Source of the DNA: Eledone cirrhosa
Taxonomy: Eukaryota
Assembly: GCA_964016885.1 (NCBI GenBank)
Contig: OZ024742.1
Span: 76,074,001 to 76,138,000 of the forward strand
Length of the DNA stretch: 64,000 nucleotides
Direction: 5' to 3'
Shown: piece by piece, positions 11,654 to 23,966 of the stretch
How the letters are laid out: each line of letters begins with the position of its first letter
How positions within the stretch are numbered: position 1 is the first letter of the stretch
The notes under the pieces: model-generated
Database searches by the model: none
What the model was told of the DNA's origin: nothing
Seen by the model: the letters and a program-made list of their open reading frames with translations, nothing else
Position numbers and translations under genes: made by a program

Positions 11654-14600
11654 TTAAGCAAAACAAGACCACAAATTTCATAAGGAAGACATTTTTAAAA
11701 GATTGTCAACATAGTTTTAGTTTAATGTAAGGAATGTAGAGAATAATAATAATAAGAATAATATTAATAATGTCCGTTTACAATTGTTTCGCTACTCCAT
11801 ATAATGTTTCTGGATCAAAGGATTATAGATAATTATTGATCTTGTTCAGTTGAAGTTAATTAACTTAAGTAAAATAGGAGCAGCTCATCGAAACTTCAAA
11901 AGGAATATAAATTAAAATAATGAAAGAATGTTACATGAATGTAATGTTCCATATATTGGTATTTCACTATGTTGTCCTGGGTATATCTATTGTCTGCCAT
12001 AGGCGAGCAATATTCTTCTGTCGAGGCTTGATTATGTGAGATCTGCCTATGGGTAATAGGATGGCCGCCAATGGACATATTTACCTTACTAATTAGAGGG
12101 TGGTTTCAGGGGAAGTAACTCCTCGAGAAATTAGAAATTGTGGGTAGTTAAGAAGTGCTAATGAGTTTAATTGAGACATAATGTAAGGGAGGCAACTTAT
12201 AAATATCTAAGTTAGCTATAACTATTTAACTTATTAGCTATAAGCAAAAATGGGACAAGATGACTATGTTGGGTCAAATATTCTGTTGGCGAAGGAATTA
12301 GCCCTTTGATGTTGACAGCTAATAGTTACCTCCGTTCTATCATTAATCGGTAGAGGCCATGATAGAGTTATGTAATATGCTTCGGTAAGACAGAGATCAC
12401 AAGAGTTTCTTCGTCCATTGAACGGTTGGGCCCTAGCCAAGATATCCCATGTTAGTGAGTGTTCAATGCTGGTTAATTTATGGTTTTTAATGAGCCTAAC
12501 TAGAGATGACGAACATCTATTGCTAGGGTCTCGGAAGGAAAAAGAGTGGGCGTTATAGCGTACCTTAAAAGGTTTAGAGGTAGAGCCAATATAAGAGCTG
12601 GTATGCGAAGCTGTTTTAACTGTAAACCTATAAAATATATTGGGTGTAAGGCATTGTACGTTTAGTGGGCATGCATTAGGGTAACGGCAGTTGGTGCGTG
12701 CTAGAAGGATTAGATGGGGGAGGTATGCTACTAGAGTAAGTATTGGTGTAGTGGCGTGGTGTATTTGAGAGGGGTACCACGGTGTGGGGGTTATACTGGT
12801 TTAGTTTATGATCGTTACTGAATGCGATGTGGCTAGCTAGGTTAGGTGTTGTGGAGAATGAGATTTTAATGTTGTTTTTATTAAAGAGTTTGTAATATCT
12901 ATGGTTGGAGGGTGTTTAGATAGGATAGAGGAGAAGTATTTAGGGATATTAGTGACCAAGTTAGATGAGAATGGGGGTTTATGCCATGTGATATTTCTAG
13001 GCCCATTCCTTCTAGGGGTTCGAGTGGAGTTGGCAGGGGCCTTCATAGGGTTATTATTACCTGGGCATTTGTTATTTGTCGTCACATTGCTCATTCCTAT
13101 TCTAGAGTTCATTTTTAGTTTGCTACTTGGAGTGGGAAGTAGGCCTCTGCCACCATTAAGGTTCCCTGTATAGGTGCTGTTACTGCTAAAATTCCGGCGA
13201 ATCTGCCTATATGCTAAGGTTTTTCTAGTTCTAGTGTTAAGTTTATTATGGTTGTGGTGAAGTGCTGTGTTATGACATTTAGGTATGTAGTAAATGGACT
13301 GTTCATAACCAGATTCAGAAAGTCTTATTATAATATGCCGCATGGTTTATAAATATCTCCTCATTTGCAGACAGCATGGAGATCCTATACGAGATAGATT
13401 TGATTACTGCTCTGATAACACCCGGTGGGTGGTTAGAGTGTGGGCTAATATATGTAAGTATATCACCTGGTTTATGATAAGGGTAATATAGGTTATTGTT
13501 AAGATCTATGGAAACGTCCAGGAAGGTTAATCGTACGGCTCGATGGTGATAGAGAGACAGTTATTTAAAAAAGAAATCTATGTAATTGTTTTTTGACCAA
13601 GTCAATGCCTCAATTAGTGCAATTGTGGACTGCAAATAGGGCATCATCCGTATATATTCCGCCTTGCAAGGGTTGGATTTCAGCTCTGATGTTATGTAAT
13701 AGGTAGATTCCAAGTAAATCGGTGATTTGCGCAGAGTCGCTTGAGCTCATAGTGATGTCGAAGTTGTATGTTCTGTCCTTTCTAGTCCATAATGAGCCGT
13801 TTAATTCAATGATGGTCTGCCTAGCCATAATTATGATGTCAATCTCGTTATTGGTTATGTCAGAGTTGGTGTGGGCTAGGGTTAATGCTTTGTTAAGGAG
13901 TGCCGGGGATATTGAAGCGTAGTAGCTGTCAATGTCAAATTGGTGGAACCTCATAGATTCCTTGGACATTAAATAGGCGAACCATCTGATGACTTGGCCG
14001 GTGTTGGACCACAGCTTGTAGGTGATATCATCTCGTAGCCCAGGGGTGATCCTATCGAGGATGTTCTTACTGATAAGCCCAAAGTTTGGCTTATAAGTCT
14101 AATAGATGGGTTCTCAATAAAGTTTGGCTTGTGATCCTTGAGAGAAAACTTAGGGGATATGGGTAAATCTATCCAGATTCAAGTCCTTAACCAGAGCCTG
14201 GGCTTTTCAGTTAAGTAAGTTTACACTGGAAGGTATAGTTTTTTTCATAGTTTTTATTATGTTCCTTAAGAAGGAAAGAGTTGTAAGTTTCAGGAATCGT
14301 GGTGTATAGATTTTTGGTTTTGTCAGACATAACATGTAAGAGGTGGCTATCCTTAATTTTCTTTATAGTTGTTGCTAATTTTGTGAGGAAATTATTCTTG
14401 TGTCTATAATGCTTTTTTAATTTAATGCTCCTGTCGAAGTTGAATAGATCTTTCTCAAAAAGGTCCAGCAGGATGTTGTGTGGAGGGTTCTTGCATGTGG
14501 TAAATCCATATCTGTTTGCTGTACTTCTGGCGTCAGCAGCACCCACTCGATCGAGGTAGAAGGCCTTCCATCGTATTCTTCGGATGAAAGAGTTGACACT

Positions 14601-15010
14601 CTGTATTAGGAGTTTGAGGTATGTCTTCCTGTCCGGGATAGGAATGGACTTAAGTGATATCCTGAGTTCCTGTTTGCTCAACATGGTGGCTTCTAACAGG
14701 AAATAGCTCAACTACGGGAGTTCGAGTATACACAGTTCAAGGTTAACCAATCTTAAAGAGAGAGATGGAGATAGGAGAGGAGAAGAGAGATTGCTGAATT
14801 AGTTAGAACCCAAAGCGTAAAGGCATGTGCTCAATGTGCAATACGCAGTGGGAGGCAGCTAGGTGGTTGGGTTCATGCAGAGGTTAGGTGCACAGAGCTG
14901 GAAATATTCATTAGTTAAGCAAAACAAGACAACACATTTCAAAAGGAAGACATTATTAAAAGATTTGTCAACATAGTTTTAGTTTCATGTAAGGAATGTA
15001 GAGAATAATA
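11654..15010 (-). mobile_element. Penelope-like retroelement (Naiad-like), degenerate, with ~95-bp direct pseudo-LTR repeats
   Basis: ORF pieces 14211-14711 (SLKSIPIP…IRRIRWKAF) and 13610-13969 (QFDIDSYYASI, GIYTDD). GIY-YIG region ~12350-12700 (CRYPNACPL…YIGSTSKPFKVRY…CDLCLTE). Direct repeats at 11654-11748 and 14915-15010. Degenerate HHR at ~11775-11895. Confidence 0.9.
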
Positions 15011-15018
15011 GAGAGAGA

Positions 15019-15147
<129 letters not shown>

Positions 15148-16104
15148 GGGGAGGGAGGGAGGGAGGGAGGGAGATAGGTAGAGAGCGAGAGGTGTATGAC
15201 AGTGCGCAGAGGTTTGTCTGCCTGTGTACGAAAATAAATATTTATGGCATTTTGAATATATTCGTGTATGCATTTTTATTTATGCATTTCCATGTGTGAT
15301 TATTAGCCCATAATCTTCTATTATTTCATTTATAGTATGGTCCTCTCTATCTTCACGTGTCTGTTGTCTGTTTCTCTGAGAGTTGATCTTGTCTTTCTGG
15401 GCATACATCTCACAAAATCGATGAATATGTCGTGTCAAGATAGGTTTGTTGTAAAGATTACTGATACTAAGTTTAAGAAAAAAATAGATGAAGAAACAGC
15501 TAAAGTGATGCTATTATCTGTACACAATATACTGTGTATGTGTGTGTATGTGTTTGTATGCGTGCGCGCGTGTGTGTGTTTTGTGTATGCGTCAATGTGT
15601 GTGTGTTTGAAAGGGATTCAGCACAATAGAAATATCTTGCTTTTGTGATGGTGCAAACCAGCTATGGGAATCCTCAACATTTCAGATTTAAACTGTCTAC
15701 ACTTCAGCAACATCTTTCTCTGAACGCTGTCAGCAATTGTTTGAGAGATGGCTGTACGTAGACACGAAACATAAAACAAAGAACGGAAACAGAAAATGTA
15801 ATCGGTTATTCAATGAGTTATTCATTTGAGGATGACTCTATATAACTTGAATGTGTATAGTTAAGTATTATGAATGGTATATAAATACAAATAACTAAAT
15901 AAATATATATATAAACATATACATATATATATATGTGTGTATGTGTGTGTCTATGTGTGTGTGTGTGTTTGTGTGGTGTACGTGTGTGTGTATTACACTT
16001 CACGTGTTCCAGCCGACAGGCAGAGGCCATGCTAGAGCACCACGATTCATCTCTTTAATGTGCAATTGGCTGAGCATTCCACAAACGCGAGTAGCCATGA
16101 TTTT

Positions 16105-16171
<67 letters not shown>

Positions 16172-16424
16172 AATCCTGACCGCGGTGCCAGATTTCTTCG
16201 CGGTAGTGTACAGCAAGCATTTCTCATGTATTATTTATCAGGATGTGTAAACATGAGACACTAGTCGCCATAGCCTCAGATTGAAGATTGCCTTCTGTTA
16301 TCTTTAGCTATCGCCATAGCAGTGCTGCTATCAAATTTGATATCGTGGTAAATTGGGCTGAGGGAGAAGATAGGGGAGGAAGAGGTGATGGGTTGGAAAA
16401 TATACATACAATGAAAGCAGAGAA

Positions 16425-17230
16425 AATATACATACAAGGAAGGCTGGTAGTTCGATTCACGGACCGAGTGATACGGTGTATCCTTGAGTAAGACACTTTA
16501 TTTCAAGTTGCTCAAAGTTAATCAGCGTGTAGAAATGAGTTGCGCCACAGGTGGCAAGCTGTGTCGGCCATTGCCTTTCCTTTGCATTACATCGGTGGCA
16601 TGTAGAGAGGAGACTTGTAAACATGGGCGACTTCTGGTCTTCCACAAATAAGTTTGCCAGGACGTGTGCCTCAGGGGGCTTTCTAGGTGCAAATCCCATG
16701 GTGACTCGTGACCGAAGCGGATCTTTACACTTTACCCTATATGTATTGGCTCAAGGTCACCCATAGAAGGTCACCCATACATTCTATGGGTGACCTTGAG
16801 CCAATCCTTTATGAAACACACGTAACAAGTCGATACACAATAAAAGAAAACTAAGTACCTGTAAACGAAACTTCAGCGTTTTTCTCATATATATTTTGAA
16901 ATCAATATGTATGCATTATATGTATGTGCGCATGGCTTAGGGGTTAGAGCGTCGGGTGTGCAATTGTGAAGTTGTGAGTTCACGTTGTGTTCTTGAGCAA
17001 GCCACGTTGCGCCAGTTCACTCAGCTGTAGAAATGACTTGCGGCTTTACTGGTGCCAAGCTGTATCAGCCTTAGCTTTTCCCCTGGACAACATCAGTGTC
17101 CTGGATAGGGGATGCTGGTATTCATGAGCGACTGCTGGTCTTCCACAAAAACCTTGCCCGGGCCTGTGCCTGGGCGGGGAACTTTCTAGGTGCAAATCCC
17201 ATTGTCATACTGACCAAAGGAAGTCTTCTT
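16425..17230 (+). mobile_element. Two copies of tRNA-derived SINE family B (16425-16725 and 16927-17230); further copies at ~17697-17790 (+) and ~18085-18237 (-)
   Basis: A-box TGGCTTAGTGG-like and B-box GTTCGATT-like heads, CTTGAGCAAGACAC core, shared CTTTCTAGGTGCAAATCCCAT tail. Confidence 0.8.
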
Positions 17231-18740
17231 CATGTGCGTTTAATTATATTGTGACAGTGTGTATACTTATCATATTTAGATACGACTTTTATGCAGTATA
17301 TTGTTACCCAAATATGTTGGACGAGACAACCTACATTATTTTATTCAAGTTACATCGCTGCAATTTAACTATATAAATGCGCATTAACATTGAAAATAAC
17401 TTCTGCTCCGAAGTGTATGACCATTTCTTAAATATTACGTACTACACTGAGCTAGGCTTCAATTCATCTGTTTGAGAAATGTGTAAGCGTCTACCATGTT
17501 TGATGTGTGTTCATATATGGAATGGGTTATTTGGAATGGTTTATATGGAATGCTTTATCTGGAAAGGCTTTCACATATAAGATATACAGGTTAATTTGTT
17601 TATGTAAAATATATATAGCTAATTTCTTATATACATGAGATACATAATTCAAATTATATATTGAGGAATGTATTTCACCCTTTGTACAATCAGGTTGAAG
17701 GCGTGTGACTTAGTGGTTAGAGAGCTGGATTCCCAATAGTGAGGTTCCGATTTCGATTCCTAGATCAGCAAGACATTTACTTCACATTGTACCCTCTGTC
17801 AGGAGTTTCGATCTGTAGATAGTATCAGCTAGGGAAAGACCAATGTAAATATTGTTCTCTTGGTGAGATTTGACGATTTCCACCGATCTCGATAAGCGAA
17901 TAAGGACTGGCATCTTGTAGATCGATTCCTTTCTTCCTTTTCTTTCATTCCTTCAACAACCAGAGTCTTTATTACCGGACATTATTATAAAGATTGCAGA
18001 TAAACATTAATGTTGTTGTTGTTGTCGTTACAACTCAGACCTATGCAGGTTTAGCTGTCCTCCTCCAAGGTATATCTCGCCAGTCCTATAATCTCATTTC
18101 TACAGTTAAGTAAACTGGAGCAACGTGAAATGAAGTGTCTTGCTCAAGGAAACAACACATAACCCGGTCCGAGTATTGAACTCACAACCTTTCGATTGCA
18201 AGCCCAATGCTCTAACCACTAAGCCATTTGCCTTCACTAAACATTAATGCTCACTCAAGTAATCACTTTTCATCATTATCCCTCAATTATTAACTCAACT
18301 CATGCATCATGCAGAAGTCAGCAACAAACAGAACAGACACAAAATTTCATAATAAATATAATTCTTAGCATGTTCCTATATCAACAGTCAGTCAACTGAT
18401 TTAAATGAATAACAACATGAAAAGTTTTGGATTATTTTAAAGGAAATTTTAAAGAAAATATAATTCTTCCGTAAGAATTTAATTGTTTTGAAAGATTTTG
18501 TAATTCTCTTCAAAGTCTAAGTCTTAATTGCAAATAAAAGAGTCACCTTTTCGCCTCTAGATTGTATGTTAAAATATAAATAAACCGAACACGTAATATG
18601 ATCATATAATTCGCCTTTACAATTTGACATATTTGAAGATAACATGTGATTCTATGATTCCTCTGGCGCATATGACATCAGCTGCTACACCTAATCTTAG
18701 CAATTATTTGAATATCTCTGCTGGTATAATATAATGGTAT

Positions 18741-21405
18741 TGTAGTAACTATGGCGACAGTGTGTTGACTATAGCAACGCAGTGTCGCCACCTGTGGGTA
18801 ACACAAAAAAATAGCGAATTACTTCCCTTATCTCGGCGTTCTCTAAAAGAAGAGACGCCAATGTAAAACTCAAGAGATTTGGTTTTCAATTCCAGTCGCC
18901 TTTGTCCTGCCACGTGGACGTACTTTGTAAAAACGCCTGTTTTTGACCAAGAGATTTTCATATCTCTTCTTGAATGTAAGAATTAAGCCATAGCCGTTTA
19001 GCTTGCAGGGTATGTCCTATGAATGTAATTATATTGTTGTGTTTTATTAAATGAATCATTTAATAAAAGATTGGCCTTGTTATCGTTAAAGCCCTTCTGT
19101 TATAATTAATAATCTTAGAGAGATGAGATGTCGTTCACACACCTGGACGATATATCATTTTTCTTTATTGGTGACCCCGACGAAGAACAACTTTTAAAAT
19201 TCTCTGTGTTTAAAATTCTTCTGTATTGCCGAATTGTATCTCCTTCTGACCTGCCTTGCAAGCATAGTTAGATAAAAACAAAAAAAATTATCACAACTCA
19301 TCCAGCGTTTTATCAACAATGATATTTATTTTATGTACAAAGTGTGCGACGCTGCACATATATATATATGGAATTCAGGCCCGTTGTTGTTTGGTATCTT
19401 GTCTTTGAGTGAACAATATTTTTCGTTTTGCACCAACTTCTCTCTTTAAAAAAAAAAAAAAAAAAAAAGAAGATTTCTCTGGATATAAAATTTTGCTTTC
19501 AACCTTCTGTTAAAATAACAAAATGGAGACTCAAAAATGTTGTTATTTTGTTTTCCCGCGTACAGCTTGTCTTCTTCAATCCCAGCCATCTGATTTCAAT
19601 CAGCCATCATAGAAAATAATTTTTTTATTATGCAAATTTTATTTTGGCCGGCGAGAATTTTCAAAAAGAATTTCAGTTGAATTCGCGTGAATAAGATTTT
19701 GGATTCCAGTGTCATTTTTTGGTTGCATAGCTGCTTCGAAGTAATAATTTGGCCTTAAAAATTCATCAAATCTTTGGGCATCATGAATCAACATCATTTG
19801 CCGTCCTTCGCAGGCGACATCAAGTTATGGTTTTTGCAGCTTGAATGCTATTTTGATTTAACCAAAACCAAAGAACAGCATAAACTGAAGGTACTAGTTA
19901 GTGGCTTGCCTGTGTCGTTGGCATATTCCGTGAAGGTGTGGTAACCAATTTAGCCGCAGATGTTACTTATGGCTCGTTGAAAGGGGAAATTATTCGGAGG
20001 AATACCAAGTCAGCGGAAATTCGTTTTCGGGAATTGTTAGATGATGCGCAAATGGGTGACAGGACGCCAATCTCCTATTTGCGACACCTGCTGGAATTGA
20101 GCGACTTCCAGGGAATGGACACCCCATTCCTCAAACAACTATTTTTCTCTCGTTTACCGCCAAGTGCGCAGATGGTCTTGGTCAATAATTTGGAGAGGGA
20201 ATCGTTAGATCAACTTGCCGCATCCGCGGATAGACTACTAGAGGTGGACTCTAACAGCAGTCGGCATAATCCTTGTGTGGCTTCTTCTTCTGTTCTCCCA
20301 CGCAATTCTTCTGTGGCCGACAGCAAACTGTTGGAGATGATCGAAGCGCTCACCCAAAAAGTGGAGGATTTGACCGTACAACACAGAGAGCCTTCTCAAC
20401 GTTTGAGGTACCGTTCGCCTCCGTCTGCTATTCCTCGAAACCGCTACGAGTACCGTTCGCCGCCGTCTTCTATTCATCGCTAGCACTACAACGCAGACAA
20501 CAATAATTCTTCGTTTTGTTGGTATCATGCTAACTTCGGCAGTAGGGCACAACGTTGTCGCACGCCCTGTAATTACAAGAGATCGGAAAACGCAAAGCAG
20601 ACCCACTAGGGGCGGCTAGTGAACTCTGGGAAAATCGACCGAACCGCCATCTTTTCGTATACGACCTGCGGTCGCAAAAATGTTTCCTTGTCGATACTGG
20701 CGCGTCGCTGAGTATTTGGCCACTCAGTTATCTCAAAAAAACCCCATCTGAATCAAATATAAATTTACGAGCAGTCAACCACACGGCCATTCGAACGTAC
20801 GGGCAAATTTCGCTTCCTCTTCGGTTAAAAAATTTGCGTCGTGAATTGAAGTGGAAGTTTACTATCGCCAACGTGCCATACGCCATTTTGGGAGCGGATT
20901 TTCTCAACCATTTTTCCTTGTCGATTGACATCCGCAGACAACGACTTTTTGATGCTAATACAGGCCTATCGTTCGAGGGTACAAAGCCGGAGATCGCCAC
21001 AGTAAGCCCTGCTTTTTTCTTGGCTGAAGTGGGCAACCAGTATCACAGTTTGTTAACATCATTCCCACAGCTGACGCAAGGAAGATTACGAATTGCTAGT
21101 CCGGATCATGTGATTGAACACTTTATATCCACTACAGGTCCACCTGTTTTCTCACGTCCTCGAAGATTATCAGCAGAGAAGTTGAAAGCTGCACGGTCTG
21201 AATTCGACCACATGCTGGAATTAGGAATAATCCGGCGTTCCACAAGTCCTTGGGCATCGTCTCTACATATGGTAATTAAATCTTCTGGTGATTGGAGACC
21301 GACGGGTGACTACCGACGCTTAAACGCGGTTACTGTGCCTGACCGTTATCCAATCCCGCATTTGCAGGATTTCGCTTCTTCATTACATGGTTGCACAATT
21401 TTTTG
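18741..21405 (+). mobile_element. Ty3/Gypsy LTR retrotransposon, 3'-truncated
   Basis: LTR begins TGTAG at 18741. PBS TGGTGACCCCGACG at 19169 is complementary to the tRNA-Trp 3' end. gag at ~19790-20600, protease [11 protein letters not shown] at ~20683, RT start ([32 protein letters not shown]) in ORF 20834-21406. Confidence 0.92.
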
Positions 21406-21409
21406 AAGT

Positions 21410-21562
21410 GTTCCAAAAAGAGGGGTGGGGCCAATTTTCTTTTACTATCCCTGGAAACTTTTTGAGATAGTTACTAGTGCGCCTATGACAATCGGCACCA
21501 CTTTGACTTCATGGCAGTTCCAAATCCTTTTTACCTTCCACTTTAAGTCCTGGTATTATTAT
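21410..21562 (-). pseudogene. Restriction-like endonuclease (RLE) fragment of an R2/R4/NeSL-group LINE
   Basis: Minus translation KYQDLKWKVKRIWNCHEVKVVPIVIGAL matches the RLE C-terminal motif. Confidence 0.7.
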
Positions 21563-21568
21563 TATTAA

Positions 21569-21775
21569 TTAGCAGTATCGGTAGAGGGTCGGACGCCATG
21601 CTTTGACGCATATAGTTACGGCCCTAGCAATTCTGAGTTCAAATCCCGCCGAGATTAACTTTGCCTTTCATCCTTACGGGGTCGATAAAATAAAGGACCA
21701 GTAATGCACTGGGTAATTGCTGGCCTTGTGCCAAAAGTAGAAACAATTATTATTAATATTATTATTATTATTATT
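21569..21775 (+). mobile_element. SINE family A
   Basis: Full head with B-box GAGTTCAAATCCC, core and (TTA)n tail. Confidence 0.85.
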
Positions 21776-21989
21776 GGCGACCTACGTAGTAAATCGTATC
21801 ATCGTGAGCTCCGCAAAGGTTTGTTATTTTCAGTTGTTCAAAATTGCCATTCATGGAAAATGTTATTGTTAAATATATATAAGTGCACATACATTGTTAT
21901 CTGAAAAGGACACCCAAAACGATTGGGGCCTTGAGCCCAAAATTTAAACTTATATAATTATCAAATAAAATATTTTTCTTTGAAACATC

Positions 21990-23927
21990 ATGGCTGACTC
22001 AGAGTCACTCCTTTCTCACAAACTAACACCTCACACCGACACCACCATTGTAAATATTACTACGTTTGCCAACACTAAAAAAAATATAAGCAGTAGCAAT
22101 ATTTTAAATTTGTCTCAGGCAGATATTCATTTCCCGCCATTACCAATGACTGTAGGCGTTAAAGCCAGCACCACCACCGGAACAACCACCACCCCCACCA
22201 CTACCGCGACAACAGCAACAAAAGAAAAAATAAACTAACTCATGATATCGAATTGAATTCAACCAAAATGAACTCTTCTACACCGAACACCACTGACGCC
22301 ACCACAACCACAACTGAAACTAAAATTAATAATAACAAAAATAACGATAACAACAACAGCAACAATGACCTTAAGAAAACCACCCTGAGTTTTGCCAGAG
22401 TAGCAAAACAGTGCGAAGCATTTCAGGTTACTCAGGAGGAATTAGAAGAAACCAAAAAAATGGTAAAGAAAGATGGGTACAGGGTCAGCCTCACCCCCCA
22501 CCTAATAAAATGGAGCATCGGCGCCTATGCACCGTGTCTTATAGGACAATTAATATAAAATCACGCCGAGTGGAACGGGCATCTGAGTCCCAAATCCAAA
22601 AAGCTTTGGGACATGTGTGGGCAAAAAAACCCCACATCAGACGTGGGCAGAGGTATGGAACAGTGGACGTTTTCTTTGAAACACCACAGGAGGCTAGAGA
22701 ACATTCATGGCCCCATTAAGAAGTGACGACTTCACACTCGTTCCAAGCTATTGTGGCCAGAGACTTGTAAAGATAAGGGTCACCCATGTTCCACCGGCCG
22801 TCGAAATTCCCTGGCTAATACCTGCCGTCCTCGCCGGCATCGAAGCCAACACCAATATAATCGAAATAGCGAAAGAAAAGCAGGAGAACTGGTCCGGATC
22901 TTGGATGGAGCTCCTGATCCAAGCGGACCAAAAAAGCATTGAGGAGATCCCAGAGGTAATAGACCTCACTGACGGCAGCCACCTCACCGTAATTGTCGAG
23001 GGCAGAAGGCCTAGGTTGTCGTTTGTGGTGAAGGAACCCACCTAAGGGCTTTCTGCTCTCAGGCTAAAAGGTTGAGGCCACCTCTCCTACCCACCACATT
23101 GACTCAACCATCAACACCACCAGCAGCAGAGATGGCACCAACAACTGTAGAAGCGACAACAGAAGCAACTGTAACAGTAACAACCCCAGCAACAGTAGCA
23201 AAACCAACACCACCATCACCCAACGCTTCAGAACTAGCACAAGCGCCTACAGCATCCACCACGCCACAACCAAAATAACGCCTGTGGAGGATTTTCCACA
23301 CCCCGGCCCATCACAACTGGAGACAAATTGTGACGACGAGGAGTGGGAAACGATATCAGGAAAAATGAAAAAAAGAAACCAAAAAAGGAAGAAAAATTCT
23401 CTTCCTTCCCCTCCAAAAACAAAATACAGATGGAAACAAATAAACTATCAAACAAAAAAGTTAGGACAGATATGCCACCATCAACACCAGCATCACCAAC
23501 CCCATCACCCCAAACACCAACACCATCACCATCATTAACCCCAACACCACCGTCACCTACACCACAAAAGTCACCAAAAAGCGAAACAGAAACAAACCCC
23601 AAACAAACGCAAACAAAACAAAACAACCAAAATGATACACACTACACAGCATTAAATTTGAACAACAACCAATTATTACACTACATCCAACACAACACCA
23701 GCATCACAGAAAAAGACTACACAACAACCCAAAAGTTCAACCACCTCCACACATACAAATCACTCGCATCACACAGAAAACGTACATGACACTTAAACAA
23801 AAGATCACCAAAGACATCGGAGACTTCCGACAAGCACTCTCCAGGAGGATTTATAAGGACATCCTTCCTGAGGAGGCCACAAGTAGTGAAAAGGATGGAG
23901 AAACCGTCCTTCCTCTACGAGAAGTAA
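21990..23927 (+). pseudogene. LINE ORF1 (frameshifted; CCHC knuckle remnant, P/T-rich)
   Basis: Chain of overlapping ORFs upstream of APE. GRRPR…CGEGTHLRAFC at ~23000-23057. Confidence 0.65.
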
Positions 23928-23966
23928 GGTAAGTGGTCTTTCCCATCTTTTCCACTCCATTTCAAC

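Noticed and set aside
16425-18237. tRNA genes
   Set aside because: A/B boxes are followed by SINE bodies and tails, with no complete cloverleaf.
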